NCBI RefSeq assembly: GCF_963921235.1
Contig: NC_086097.1
Coordinates: forward strand, 15,438,001 to 15,502,000
DNA: 64,000 nucleotides
Source of the DNA: Mobula hypostoma
Taxonomy: Eukaryota
Direction of reading: 5' to 3'
Of this stretch, positions 24,700 through 36,855 are shown in pieces. Both the position numbers and the translations under genes were made by a program. Below the pieces are notes generated by a model. The model saw only the letters and a program-made list of their open reading frames with translations. It was not told the DNA's origin and did not search any database. How positions within the stretch are numbered: position 1 is the stretch's first letter; the number at the start of each line of letters is the position of its first letter.

Positions 24700-24984
24700 C
24701 TATAGGGAAACGTGCTTTGATAATAAATGAACCTTTGAAACTTTTGAACCTCTTTTCAGGTTTATTGTCATCTGACTGTACATATATACAGCTAAATGGG
24801 ACAACATTCCTCCAGACCATGTTACACTCACAAAACATATATCACGCACAGCACATAAAACAAAATATTACCACAAATAAGTTAATAAAATATAATTCAA
24901 AGTGCATGTAGTGCGTAGGATGGGTAAATAGTAAACAGTAAATGAGACCTCAGTGGTGGCAGGGTATTCATTAGCTCCACTGAG

Positions 24985-25275
24985 TTTGGATGGGACTACA
25001 ACTAGAAGTCATAGGTTAAGGGTCATAGGTGAAAAGCTTAAGGGGAACATGAGGGGAAACTTCTTCACTCAGAGTGTCATGAGAGTGTGGAATGAGCTGC
25101 TAGCGCAAGTGATTTCAATACTTAAGAGAAGTTTGGATAGGTACATGGCTGGGAGGGGTATGGGGGTGAGGCGATGATCCTGGTGCAGGTTGATGGGATT
25201 AGGCAGTTTAAATAGTTCAGCATGGACTAGATGGGCCAAAGGGCCTGTTTACTCTGCTGTATTTTCTATGAATCT
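24985..25275 (+). mobile_element. CR1-type LINE 3' fragment
   Basis: TTTRSHRLRVIGEKLKGNMRGNFFTQSVMRVWNEL and the GATGGGCCAAAGGGCCTGTT 3' motif. Confidence 0.8.
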
Positions 25276-25869
25276 AGTCTTCATTAGTCATCATCTGTAA
25301 GGAAGTAGATTCAGGAGACTTGAGCCAAGACAAGGAAAAGAAGGAAGAGGTACAGGAAGTTGGAATGAATGCAGAGATATTGTGCAATGTGTAAGGAGAA
25401 ACCGGAAAGAATGGTGATGCTGAAGAAAGCCATTTGGTTCAATTATTTTTATTGTCCACATACATAGAATGCCTAACACACGTGCCCTCTCTGTTTCCTT
25501 GTTTCTTATTATACAATGTTTAACATTTGTTATTATATCTTACCATAATAAAAATTCTAACAAAGTATATCTTCATTAAGGAAAAACATTGAGTAGAGTT
25601 GGGGAAGAGAGGACTGGCGTTGTAGTCTGTTTACTGGGATTTCAGTCCTTTATCATGACTAATCCTTAATAATTGATTTGCAACTCTAGAAATTAAAATT
25701 GAATTAATACAAGAATTAAGTAGAAGATTAAGTTGATTAAAATTGCAAGAATTTGCAGTCCCAATAAATCAGAATGGTTCAGATCACATAGCACGTAGCC
25801 AATGCAGAGGCAACAACAGTTCTAATGACTCCAAGTACCACACTCATCAAAGAACCCTTACTTAACTCA

Positions 25870-26209
25870 ACTTACTACCTGTTGTACCGCTGGCATTTAG
25901 GGCAGCAATGAAGATCCTCCATCTCTGTCTGTCCATAGCAATACACACAGATAGAGAAGGATTCTTCATTGCTGTTTCCGTAATAATTTTGTTTGACCAG
26001 TCCAGGTTGTTCGCCCTGAGCTGACCTCCTGAACCTGGAGGACTGGTAGACCACTCTTAGTCTGTCCTCTACCCTTTGACCTGTTTGCCATGGGTGATCC
26101 TACCAAGAGCCAAAGCACAAGGCTCTGACGCTAGCCAACAGAGCTCTCCTGGTCATTGAGGCACACAAGCCTCCAAACCCTGCGACAAGGTTGTGGTCCT
26201 CCTGGAGGT
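25870..26209 (-). mobile_element. Short RTE-derived non-autonomous element (5' UTR joined to 3' tail)
   Basis: Minus strand ACAACCTTGTCGCAGGGTTTGGAGGCTTGTGTGCCTCAATGA...GGTAGGATCACCCATGGCAAACAGGTC resembles Rex3/Expander-type RTE 5' ends. GGACAGACAGAGATGGAGG...TGCTGCCCTA resembles an RTE 3' end. Confidence 0.55.
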
Positions 26210-26834
26210 TCAGAGCACCCATCCATGCATAAGTGTAAACGTTTGGACCAAGGGAAGGAAGTGGGATACTCAGAGGCAGCAGGAAGGGCTAGTTGTACCA
26301 GGAATTGGGTAGACCAGGAGCAGAGAGAAAGGGGCTGAGGAGAATCATGTTATCTGAAACTGGAGAATTCAATGTCCATGCTGTTGGGTTGAAGCAGATA
26401 TACTGTATAGGAATATGAGGCAGATCACAATACTATAAAGACATATCTGTTAATGTGATGAGTGAACAAACTTAATAATCTTCATTGCTTTTTTTAACTC
26501 AGTGACAGGCAGCATCACTTTCCCCTCTATAAAGGTAACTCTTCCTTCACTAGTGTTATTAGTCAAAGTTCAAAGTGCATTTATTGTCAAAGTATGTATA
26601 CATTACACAACCTTGAGATTCATCTCCTTACAGGCAGTCACAAAACAAAGGAACCTAAAAAAAAGCATTACGAAAGAATGCCAAACACACAATGCACAGG
26701 AGAGAAAACAAAGCAAATCACACAAACAATAAAAGTAAACAAATAGCTTCAGAACTGAAGTTCAACAAAAGACACGAAGCCAGGCATCACTGCAGGTGGA
26801 GCAGGCCACAGCCCCAGTTTATTGCAAAGCTGAT

Positions 26835-27125
26835 TAAAGGGGCATGGATTAATTTTAATGTTGAATTTGTAGACTCACAATTTGGAGTTCATTTGCTTGT
26901 GGCTACTGATAATTAATGTAGATTCTCTGCTGTAGAAATTGTCAGTTCTAGTTTTGTAAAAACAACCAATCAGAATTATTGTTCGGCGTACTGCCAATAA
27001 TGGACCTGCATTTAACAGCGGAGATCTCAAGACATTTGAACTTCTCCAGATTTTACACATCAGTAAGATCACAGCTCACTGGCCATAATGGTGAAGTAGA
27101 GAGGTTTATGTGAAAGCTGAAAGTT
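26835..27125 (+). mobile_element. Degenerate Gypsy-type integrase remnant
   Basis: Across frames W.NFNVEFVD...HLLVATD...AVEIVSS...NNGPAFNS...ITAHWP..NGEVERFM, resembling the rve core (DNGP.F...WP..NG.VER), with stops. Confidence 0.65.
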
Positions 27126-27244
27126 TCAGCATGACATCCCTGTCAGTTATACTTGTTTTTGCACAATCTATACTGTATTTACAACTGTACAGAGGTAGTG
27201 ACCAGTGCTCGTCATCAACTATTTTGCTTAAAGTGACATCGACA

Positions 27245-28340
27245 TTCACCTTGGCAATGCACTCTTGCCTGGATTTCCTCACTTGCAGACCCAGTCAGCT
27301 TGGATTGGCAAAAACATCTCCTCCACAATCTTCATCAGCACAGGAGCACTGCAGGGATGTGTATTTTACACCTACGATTATGTGGCTAAGCACAGCTCCA
27401 GCATCATATTCAAGTTTGCTGATGACACCTGACACCACTGTATCAAAGGTAGTGATGAATCAGCATACAGGAGGGAGATTGAAAATTTGGTTGTCATAGA
27501 AACAATCTGTCACTCAGCATCAGCAAGACCAAAGAACTAATTATAGACTTCAGGAGAGGGAATCCAGAGGTCAGAGGATCACAGGTGAAGAGGTCAGTAA
27601 CTTAAAATTCCTGGGTGTCACTATCTCAGAGGACATGTCCTGGACCCATCAAATATATGTAATTGCAAAGAAAGCACAGAAGCATCTCTTCTTCCTTAGA
27701 AGGTTGCGGAGATTTGGCGTATCATCAAAAAGCTTGGTAAAAACTTCTATAGATGTGTAGTGGAAAGGGTATTGACTGGCTGTATTATGGCCTGGCACGG
27801 GAACACCAATGCCTTTGAGTGGAAAGGCCTACAAAAGGTAGTGGATTTGGCCCAGTACATCACAGATAAAGCTCTCTCAACAACTGAGCACATCTACTGT
27901 AAATGGAAAGCAGCATCTATCATCAAAGACCCTCAGCACCCAGGCCATCCTCTTGTCTCACTGCTGCCATTAGGTAGAAGGTTCAAGTATCTCAGGACTC
28001 ACACCGCCAGGTTCAAGAACAGTCACTACCCCTCTACTATCAGGCTTTTGTACAAAACAGGATAATTACACTTATCTTTTGAGATGTTCCCACAAAAAAA
28101 TGATCTCACTTTAAGGACTCTATATCTTGTTAGTTCATGCTCTTGTTATTTATTGCTATTTATTTATATTTGCATTTCAACTGTTTGTTGTCTTCTATGG
28201 CCTTGATCTTTCATTGATCCTGTTTACAGTTACTATTCCATAGATTTCATGAGTATGCCTGCAGGAAAAAGAATCTCAGGGTTGTGTGTGGTGACACATA
28301 CTGTATGTACCCTGATAATAAACTTTACTTTGAACTTCAA
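27245..28340 (+). mobile_element. Decayed Rex1/Babar-type LINE (RT to 3' end)
   Basis: W.LDFLTCRP.Q, KFADD, ERVLTGCIMAWHGN, IIKDPQHPGHPLVSLLPLGRR, and a TGATAATAAA...TTTGAACTT tail. Confidence 0.8.
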
Positions 28341-28727
28341 ATTCATTCCTGTTCTAAATGGATGCGCCTCTATTCTGAAGCTGTGCCCTCTGATCCTAAA
28401 CTCCATCACTATAAGACATACAGTTATCTCCACATACACTCGGTCTTTAAATATTCAATAGGTTTCAGTGAGATCTTCCTTTATTCTTCTGAACTCCAGC
28501 AAGTATAGGCCCAGAGCCATTGAAAGCTCCTCATACGTTAACCCCTTCTTTCCCAGAATAATTCTCATGAACCTCCTCTGGACCATGTCAAAATAAGCCC
28601 CCTAAGTGTAGTGTACATAAATGAAAAATCAGTTTCCAGTCCACTCAGAGATGTAGGAGGCAATATTGGAATTGTATTCCTTAGGAGAGTTTCCCCATTT
28701 TTGACCCCACATCAGCTCCCTTTAAAC

Positions 28728-28792
28728 AAGGGCTACCCAACCTGTGCTTAATAGTATTGGTCCATGGCTTAAGAAAATATTGGGAAACCCCG
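28728..28792. mobile_element. 65-bp hAT-type mini-MITE with perfect 8-bp TSD
   Basis: CTTTAAAC at 28720-28727 and 28793-28800 flanks degenerate TIRs (AAGGGCTACCCAA...TTGGGAAACCCCG). A related ~80-bp element lies near 33260-33339. Confidence 0.6.
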
Positions 28793-28879
28793 CTTTAAAC
28801 CAATTTATCATTATTTATTTTGTCTCTCTATTTCCTGTTGTTGGAAGGCTTAGTTTTTGAGAGTACTTAGGTAAAAAGC

Positions 28880-29225
28880 TTATACAACTGTAACACATGG
28901 TTACTTGAGTTACTGTCGCCTTCCTGTCAGCTTGAACCACTCTGGCTCACCTGACCTCTCTCATTAACAAAGTGATTTTGTCTTCAGAACTGCTATGTAC
29001 TGAATGTTTTTTAAACTTTTGCACCATTCTCTGAAAGCTCTAGAGACAGTTATGCATGAAAATCCCAGGAGATCAGCAGTTTCTCAAATCACCTCATCCG
29101 GCACCAACAATCATTTTATTTATGGTCAAAGTCACTTAGATCACGTTTCTTCCCCATCCTGATACATGGTCTGAACAACAACTGAATCTCTTTGACTTGT
29201 TGCCACGTGATTGGCTGATTAGAAC
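28880..29225 (-). mobile_element. Tc1-like transposon remnant (N-terminal HTH region)
   Basis: Minus strand encodes IRMGKKRDLSDFDH followed by degenerate ...ETADLLGFSC.TVSR, typical of fish Tc1 N-termini. Confidence 0.75.
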
Positions 29226-29234
29226 CTTGGGTGA

Positions 29235-32200
29235 TGAGGGATATTGTGGCTCTTGTCAGGATGAAGAAGGAGGCATGAGTCAGGTACAGGTAGCTGGGAT
29301 CAAATGAGTCCCTAGAAGAGAATAGGGATACTGAAGTATACTCAAGAAGGAAACTAGAAGGACAAAAAGGGGCATGAAGATAACTTTGAAAGAAAAGATT
29401 AGGAGGATCCAAAGAAGAATTTTAATGAATTTGGAGTAACTAGGTTAAGAATAGAATCCCTCAGGGACAAAAAATAGATATCATTGTGTAGAGCTACAGG
29501 AATATTCATTCATTCTTCAATGAATTTTTTTTTTGGTTTTTACTGGAAGTAGGACATGAAGACATATGAACTTAAAATAGTTAATGTGGAAGTTTTGGGA
29601 TAGTCCACATTACAGCAGAGGAGGCAGTGGAAATCTTAAAACAGATGAAGGTAGATAAAATTCTGGGGCTTGATCCGGAATACGCAAGGACACTGTAGGA
29701 AGGTAGAGAAGAAATTGTGGGAACCTAGATGAGATATACTGTATGTATCAGAGTCAATGAAGTGCCAGAAGACTGGTGTGTGGTTAATGTTATACATTTA
29801 TTTAAGAGGGGCTGTGAAGTATAGACCAGTAAGCCTAATATCTGTGAGGATTCTGAGGGATAGGACTTACATGCATCTGGAAGATCAGGAGCTGATTAGG
29901 GGTAGTCAGTATGGCTTTGTGCATGGGAAATCTTACGAATCTGTTTGAGTTTTTTTGAAGAAGTAACCAAGGAAGATAATGTGGGTGGGGTAGTAGATGT
30001 GATCTATATGCATTTCAGAAAGACTTTTGATTATATTACACACGGTAGCTGCTATGGAAAGTTAGATCGCATGGGATCCAGGGAGAGCTAGCTAATTGGA
30101 TACAAAATTGGCTTGATGTTAGAAAGCAGAGGGTTTGACCCAAGCCTGTGACTGTTTCCCAGGGGTCAATGTTGGACCCATTGTGATTTGTCACTTAATA
30201 TCAATAATTTGGATGAGAATGTACAAAGCATGGTACATTCCATGTAAACAATTGGAAATGACAGCAAAGATGCTTAACAGAATTTACTGAGGGATCTTGA
30301 TCAGATGTGTAAGTGGGCTGAGGAATGGCAAATGGAGTTTAATTTCATCAACTGTGAAATATTGAGCCTTGGGAAGAAAAATGAAGATAGGACTTTCACA
30401 GTGTACAGCAAGGCCCTGGGGAATGCTGTAGAACACAGAAGCTGACGAGTAGAAGTACATGGATTCCTGAAAGTGGCGTCACAGGTAGACAGCGTGGCGA
30501 AGAAGGGTTTTGGCATTTCAGAGCATTGAGTATAGAAGTATAGAAGTCCTCTCTCCAATTCCAACCTTTCTCTTTCTGAACACTGTGCTCTCCACTCTCT
30601 CTGCACTAATCCTAGCCTCACCATCAAACCCGAGAATAAGAGGGGTGCAGTAGTAGTCTGGCGGACTGATCTTTACCTTGCTGAGGTCCAGTGGCAACTA
30701 TCATACATTTTCTCTTACTTACTCCTCGAACATGATCCCACTAAAGAACATCAGACCATTGTCTCCAAGACCATCACCGATCTTATTAACTCTGGGGATC
30801 TCCCATCCACTGGCCCCAACCTCATAGATCCCTCACCCCGTGCCTACTGTTTCTACCTCCTAGCCAAGATCCACAAACCTGCTTGTCCAGGTAGACCCAT
30901 TGTTTCTGCTTGTTCTTGCCCCGCTGAACTCACATCTGTACACCTCGACTCAGTTTTATCCCCCCAGGTTCAGTCCTTTCCTATCTATGTCCATGATACT
31001 TCACACATTCTTGATCTTTTCAATGATTTCAAATTTCCTGGCCCAAACAGCTTATTTTTACTATGGATGTCCAGTCCCTATACATCTCCATCCCCCCACA
31101 GGAAGGCCTCAAATCTCTCCGTTTCTTTCTGAATACCAGACCTAACCAGTTCCCCTCCACCACCACTCTCCTCCGTGTGGCAGAACTTGTCCTCGCTTTC
31201 AATAATTTTTCCTTTGGCTCCTCCCACATCTTTCAAACAAAAGGCGTAGCCATGGGTACTCACGTGGGTCTCAGCTATCCCTGCCTTTTTGTCGGCTACG
31301 TGGAACAGTCTATGTTTCAAGCCTGCACTGGTGTCACTCCCCAAATTTTCCTATGCTACATCGATGACTGCATTGGTGCTGCTTCCTGCACCCATGCAGA
31401 GCTCGTCGATGTCATCAACTTTGCCTCCAACTTCCACCCTACCCTCAAATTTTTCTGGTACATTTCCAACACCTCCCTCTCCTTTTTTGATCTCTCTGTC
31501 TCTATCTCTGGAGACAGCTTATCTTCTAATGTCTATTACAAACTCACTGACTCTCACAGCTACCTGGACTATACCTCTTCCCACTCTGTTACTTGTAAAA
31601 CTGCCATCCCCTTCTCTCAATTCCTCCAGCTCCACCACATCTGCTCTCAGGATGAGGCTTTTCATTCCAGAACAAAGGAGAAGTTCTCCTTCTTCAAGAA
31701 AAGGAGCTACCCTTCCTCTACCATCAATGCTGCCCTCAAATGCATCTCTTCCATTTCAAGCATGTCTGCCCTCACCCCACCAGGGATAGAGTTCCTCTTG
31801 TCGTCCCACCTACCACCCCATCACCTTCCATGTCCGGCATATAATTCTCCGTAACTTCGGCCATCTCCAACAGGATCTCACCACAAAGTACATCTTCCCT
31901 CCCCCCACCACTTTCTGCTTTCTGCAGGGTTTGCTCTCTACTCAAGTCCATTCGTCCCTCCCCTCTCATCTCCCTTCTGGCACTTATCCTTGTAAACGGA
32001 ACAAGGACTCCACCTGCCCCTTCACCTCCTCGCTCACTACCATTCAGGGGCCCAAACAGTCCTTTCAGGTGAGGTGGCACTTTACCTGTGAGTCTGTTGT
32101 AGTCATCTACTGTATCCGGTGCTCTCGGTGTGGCCTCCTGTATATTGCTGAGACCCGATGTTGATTGGGAGACCGCTTCATTGAGCACCTACACTCCGTC

Positions 32201-33432
32201 TGCCAGAAAAAGCTGGATCTCCCAGGGGCCACCCATTGTAATTCCACATTCCATTCCCATTCTGACACCTCAGTCCACGGCCTCCTCTACTGTCACGATG
32301 AGGCCACACTCAGCTTGGAGGAGCAACACCTTATATTCTGCCTGGGTAGCCTGCAACCTGATGGAATGAACATTGATTTCTCAAACTTCAAGTAATACTA
32401 CACCCCCTTCACCATTCCCCATTCCCTTACCCCTCTTATGGTTTGTCTCCTAGCCTGTCCATCAATTACCTCTGGTGCTCATCCCCTTCCCTTTCTTCCA
32501 TGGCCTTCTGACCTCTCCTGTCAGACTCCCCCTTCTCCAGTCCCGTATCTCTTTCATCAATCAATTTCCCAGCTCTTCCCCTCCCCCCCCCCAGTTTCAA
32601 CGATCACCTTGTCTTTCTTCCTTTCCTACCCCAACTTTCTAACTCTGACTCCTCATCTTTTTGCCTCCAGTCCTGATGAAGGGTCTCAGCCCAAAATGTT
32701 GACTCTCTCTTTTTTATAGATGCTGCCTGGCCCGATGAGTTCCTCCAGCATTTTGTGTGTGTTGCAGAGGAGTAGGATGTTATGTCGCAATTGTGCAAGA
32801 CCTTGGTGAGGTTGTATTTGGAATATTGTGTTCAGGTTTGGTCGTCCTGCTACTGTATTGGAAAGAAGCCATTAATCTGGAAAAAGCACAGAAGAAATTC
32901 ACGAAGAAGATCCCAGGACTCAAGGGACTTGAGGAGAAAGGTTGAACAGGTTGGGCTCTTCTGTTTCATTGGAGCATATGAGAATAAATGGTAATCTTCT
33001 ACATGTGTGTTAAATTATGAGGGGCATTGATGGGGATCAATGTGCACAGTCTTTTCCCCAAGGATGAGGAATTAAAAAACTAGAGGAGATAGATTGAAGG
33101 TGAGAGGGGAGAGATTTAATAGGAAACTAAGGGACACATTCTTTTCACTCAGATGGTGGCCAAGATATGAAATGAACTGCCAGCAGAAATAGCTGAGACA
33201 ACTATGTTAACAACATTTAAAAAGTTACTTGGATAAGTGCATGGATAGGAAAGGCTGAGAGAGGGGCTCCCATCCTTTTTTATGTCATGGACCCTTACCA
33301 TTATCTGAGTAGTCTGAGAACCCCAGGTTGGGATTCCCTGGTTTAGAGGGATATGGACCAAATGTGGGCAAATGGGAATAGCTTAGAAGGGTACTTTGGT
33401 TGGTTTGGACCAGTTGGGCTTTATGACTCTAT
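29235..33432 (+). mobile_element. Decayed CR1 LINE split by a Penelope-like insertion (30548-32766)
   Basis: YRPVSL, GSQYGFVHGKS and PQGSMLGP-like motifs on the left. Resumes after 32766 as ..KTLVRLYLEYCVQVWS and runs to a CR1 tail. Confidence 0.8.
30548..32766 (+). mobile_element. Penelope-like retroelement, most complete copy (RT, Cys-rich linker, GIY-YIG, terminus), degenerate
   Basis: LTIKP.NK.GAVVVW, KIHKP.CPGRPIVS, MDVQSLYISIP, QTKGVAMG, CYIDDC (RT motif), YPCKRNK..TC linker, VIYCIRCSRCGLLYIAET (GIY-YIG). Contains frameshifts. Confidence 0.93.
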
Positions 33433-34249
33433 GATATTCAGTAATTGGGATAGTTAGGCAATGGGGAGGTGACTGCTTCCTCAATTTCACTGATTTATTT
33501 CAAAAAGTTTCAGGTGAGAGGTGAAAGATTTAAAAGGGAGCCGGGGGTCAACTTCTTCATGCAAATACTGGTATGTATATAGAATGAGCTGCCAGAGAAA
33601 GTGGTCGAGGCTGTTACAATATCAACTTTCAAACATTGGAGGGATATGTGCCAAACACAGGTAGATGGGACTAGCTTAGCTGGGCTTCTTGGTTGGCATA
33701 GATCATTTGGACCTGTTTTACTCTATATCCATTATCAATCATCAAAATACCCAACATCCCATGCCATCTTCTCAAAGCTACCATCATGGAGGAGGTCTGA
33801 AGTCCAACATCACCAGGTTCAAGAGCAATTTCAACTATATGGTTCCTGAACCAACCAGAACAACTCTATTCACGACAATCTCATTACACCAGGACCACTT
33901 TGGACTAAAATTTATTTGTGTTTGTTGTTCTAATTGTAAAAAAATTGCGTGCAATCTATGTTTTTCTTGTGACTGCTGCTATATGAAGCCATGTGTGGCC
34001 TGCGCGTTGCTGCAAGTCCCTTTTTCAGTGTACCCGTGGACACATGTACTTCTGCATATGACAATAAACTCAACTTTTAAACTCTTTGACGCGAATACGT
34101 TCCGTTAGAACGATGTGACCAGTTTAAGTGATCCGCAGTATTTTGCTGTTAGACTCTTTTTTTTGGAATGGATGAACCTGCCACTGAAATTGAGATATGT
34201 AGTTGGAAGCGGGGAAACTGGACGCTTTCTCAACTTCTGTCGTTTATTT

Positions 34250-34790
34250 CAATAAGCTGGTGCGAAGAATTCGCTTTTTTTTCGCCCTGCAGTTGTTGAT
34301 ATGATCCCATAATCCTTGCTGCTAAAATGGCGGTAGTGAAAGTGGTCTATACGGCTGCCAGAGCTACCCAGGATGCTCGGCGGTGTGTAGTTGCTGACGC
34401 CGACAACATGGCGATCGTTGAGTTGGCAGGATTACGGCGGGTTGAGGGCCAGTGACGGCTCGGTTTCACCGCCCGACTCTACAGTGTCGGCGTCCTCTGG
34501 CCGCATTCCTCTCTTCTTCCTCTGCCAGGGTAGTCATATCAGTAGCGCAGGCCGTGGCCAGCCCCTGCTGCTCCTGGTCGAGCCGAGTGGCCCTGTCGGA
34601 CGGGTGGCCCCTGTAAGCCCGGGACATCTCTAAGTACTCACCCCATCTCAACATGTCTTGGTTCGGGGGCATCAGCTCGGGCCTGGGTCAGGTCGGGGGC
34701 AGCCTTTCCTCCCTGACAGATCAGCTCTCCAGCTTCACCAAGGATATGTTGGCAGAAGGCGTCGAGGAAGTGCAAGGTGAGCATCCCAAA
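34250..34790 (+). promoter_or_regulatory. CpG-island promoter/5' UTR of TRIP11 with two YY1-type motifs
   Basis: Locally GC- and CpG-rich against a CpG-depleted background. AAAATGGCGG at 34324-34333 and CAACATGGCG at 34404-34413 match the YY1 consensus AANATGGCG. Confidence 0.75.
34653..34776 (+). CDS. TRIP11: First coding exon of thyroid receptor-interacting protein 11 (GMAP-210 golgin), N-terminal amphipathic ALPS region
   Basis: ATG at 34653 encodes [41 protein letters not shown], closely resembling the vertebrate TRIP11 N-terminus as I recall it ([46 protein letters not shown]). It is followed by a phase-1 donor CAAG|GTGAGC at 34777 and lies in a CpG-rich region. Exon 2 was not identified in the window. 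Confidence 0.92.
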
Positions 34791-35805
34791 AAGTTTGCAA
34801 ACAACTACAAAGAATCACTACGGTTGCTGTTATAATTAGACTGATGTAGTCTTTACGCCTCCTGATCTCCACAAGTGCACGCACACAGTGTTAGAACATG
34901 CATGCCACACCAGTTGTCACTGCAGCAGCTGTTAAAGGCCTTTGTTTTCTGCAGTTGTCTTGCACTGGAGAAACCTGAGGAGGTTGTTATATGCTGATTT
35001 GTGTCTGTAATTGGAGGTTACATTTAGGATTGAAAGAGCAGAACGCTGGACGGACTCACGTGGAGGCAAATGGTCAACGTTTTGAGTTGAGACCTTGCAT
35101 CAGGACTGAGAGGGAAGAGGAAATAGTAAGACTCGAGGAAGGGTCTTGGCCTGAAACTTTTAATGTTTATTCATTTCCAGCATGCCTGGGCTACTGAGTT
35201 CCTCCAGCGTTTTGTATGTGTTGCTTTGGAAAAATTACCTGTAAGCATGTAAGCAATATGAAAAGAGGCCATTTGGCCCTTCAAGTTAATGTTTGCTCCT
35301 AGAAGAGCAAGCCATAAGTTGTAGAGTCACAGAGCTATGGCATGGAAACGGGCCCTTCAGATCAACTTGTCCATCCCAAACAAGTTGCTTACCTGAGTTA
35401 CTCCCCTTTGCCTGTGGCCTCTAAACCTCTCCTTTTTTGTCCATGCACCTGTGCAAATGTTCACATTTATTTCCCTGCTCTCTTCATTTGCAAATTATTC
35501 TCTCTGAATCCTGTCCAGTTCTGTTTAAAAAATCTAGACCTAGTTCCTGAGGAACCTACAGAGTTGGAGTTAGTCACTCACATGCGCATGTACCACCTGG
35601 CAAGAGAGGAAATTATAAATATGTGTAGTGTTTTGGGCTTTAAGATCCTTGACTGGATTATTGGCGCTGGATGCTGCTTGAGTATGTGGAACCCGAGATG
35701 TGATGAGCGACATAGTTTTGCTTTGAGTGCTATGTTAATAAATTGCTTGGTACAGAAGGAGTAAAGACATTCAGAATTCCATAATTCCTCGGCTTTCAAG
35801 CTGAT

Positions 35806-36855
35806 TTCAGAATCAGAATCAGGTTTATTATCACCGGTATGTGTCGTGAAATATGTTAACTTCGTAGCAGCAGTTCGATGCAATACATAATATGAAGAAA
35901 AATGTATCAGTTACAGTATATGTGTATTGAATAGATTTAAAAAATCGTGCAAAAACAGAAATAATATATATTTAAAAAGTGAGGTAGTGTTCATGGGTTC
36001 AATGTCCATTTAGGAATTGGATGGCAGAGGGGAAGAAGCTGTTTCTGAATTGCTGAGTGTGTGCTTTCAGGCTTCGGTACCTCCTACCTGATGGTAACAG
36101 TGAGAAAAGGACATGCCCTGGGTGCTGGTGGTCCCTAATAATGGACACTGCCTTTCTGAGACACCGCTCCTTGAACATGTCCTGGGTACTTTGAAGGCTA
36201 GTACCCAAGATGGAGCCAACTAAATTTATGACCCTTTGTAGCTTCTTTTGGTTCTGTGCAGTCCCTCCTCCACCATACCAGACTGTGATGCAGCCTGTCA
36301 GAATGCTCTCCATGGTAGAAGTATTATAAGTTTTTGAGTGTTTTTGTTGAATTGACATACCACATCTCTTCAAACTCCTAATGAAGTATAGACGCTGTCT
36401 TGCCTTCCTTATAGCTACATCAATATGTTGGGACCAGGTTAGCTCCTCAGAGATCTTGACAGCCAGGAACTTGAAACTGCTCACTCTGTCCACTTCTGAT
36501 CCATCTATGGGGATTGGTATGTGTTCCTTTATCTTACCCTTCTTGAAGTCTACAGTCAGCTCTTTCGTCTTACTGACGTTGAATGCAAGGTTATCGCTGC
36601 GACACCACTCCACTAGTTGGTATATCTCGCTCCTGTATGCCCTCTCACCTTCTTCTGAGATTCTACCAACAATGGCTGTATCATCAGCAAATTTATAGAT
36701 GGTATTTGAACTGTGCCAAGCCACACAGTTATGGGTATAGAGAGAGTAGAGCAGTGGACTAAGCACACACCCCTGAGGTGCACCAGTGTTGATCGTCAGC
36801 AAGGAGGAGATATTATCACCAATCCGCACAGATTGTGGTCTTCCGGTTAGGAAGA
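35806..36855 (-). mobile_element. Rex1/Babar-type LINE, 5'-truncated
   Basis: ORF 35999..36829: NTGAPQGCVLSPLLYSLYT, IYKFADD, HPGHVLFSLLPSGRRYRS. (GATTCT)n tail. Confidence 0.9.

Noticed and set aside
30548..32766. Active autonomous Penelope element
   Set aside because: 5'-truncated, frameshifted, and its ribozyme core is mutated (GAAA to AAAA).
34466..34672. Antisense ORF and minus-strand donor-like GGTGAGTA near 34635-34642 as first exon of the upstream gene
   Set aside because: No recognisable homology and expected by chance in a GC-rich island. It cannot be linked to the array-bearing exon without transcripts.
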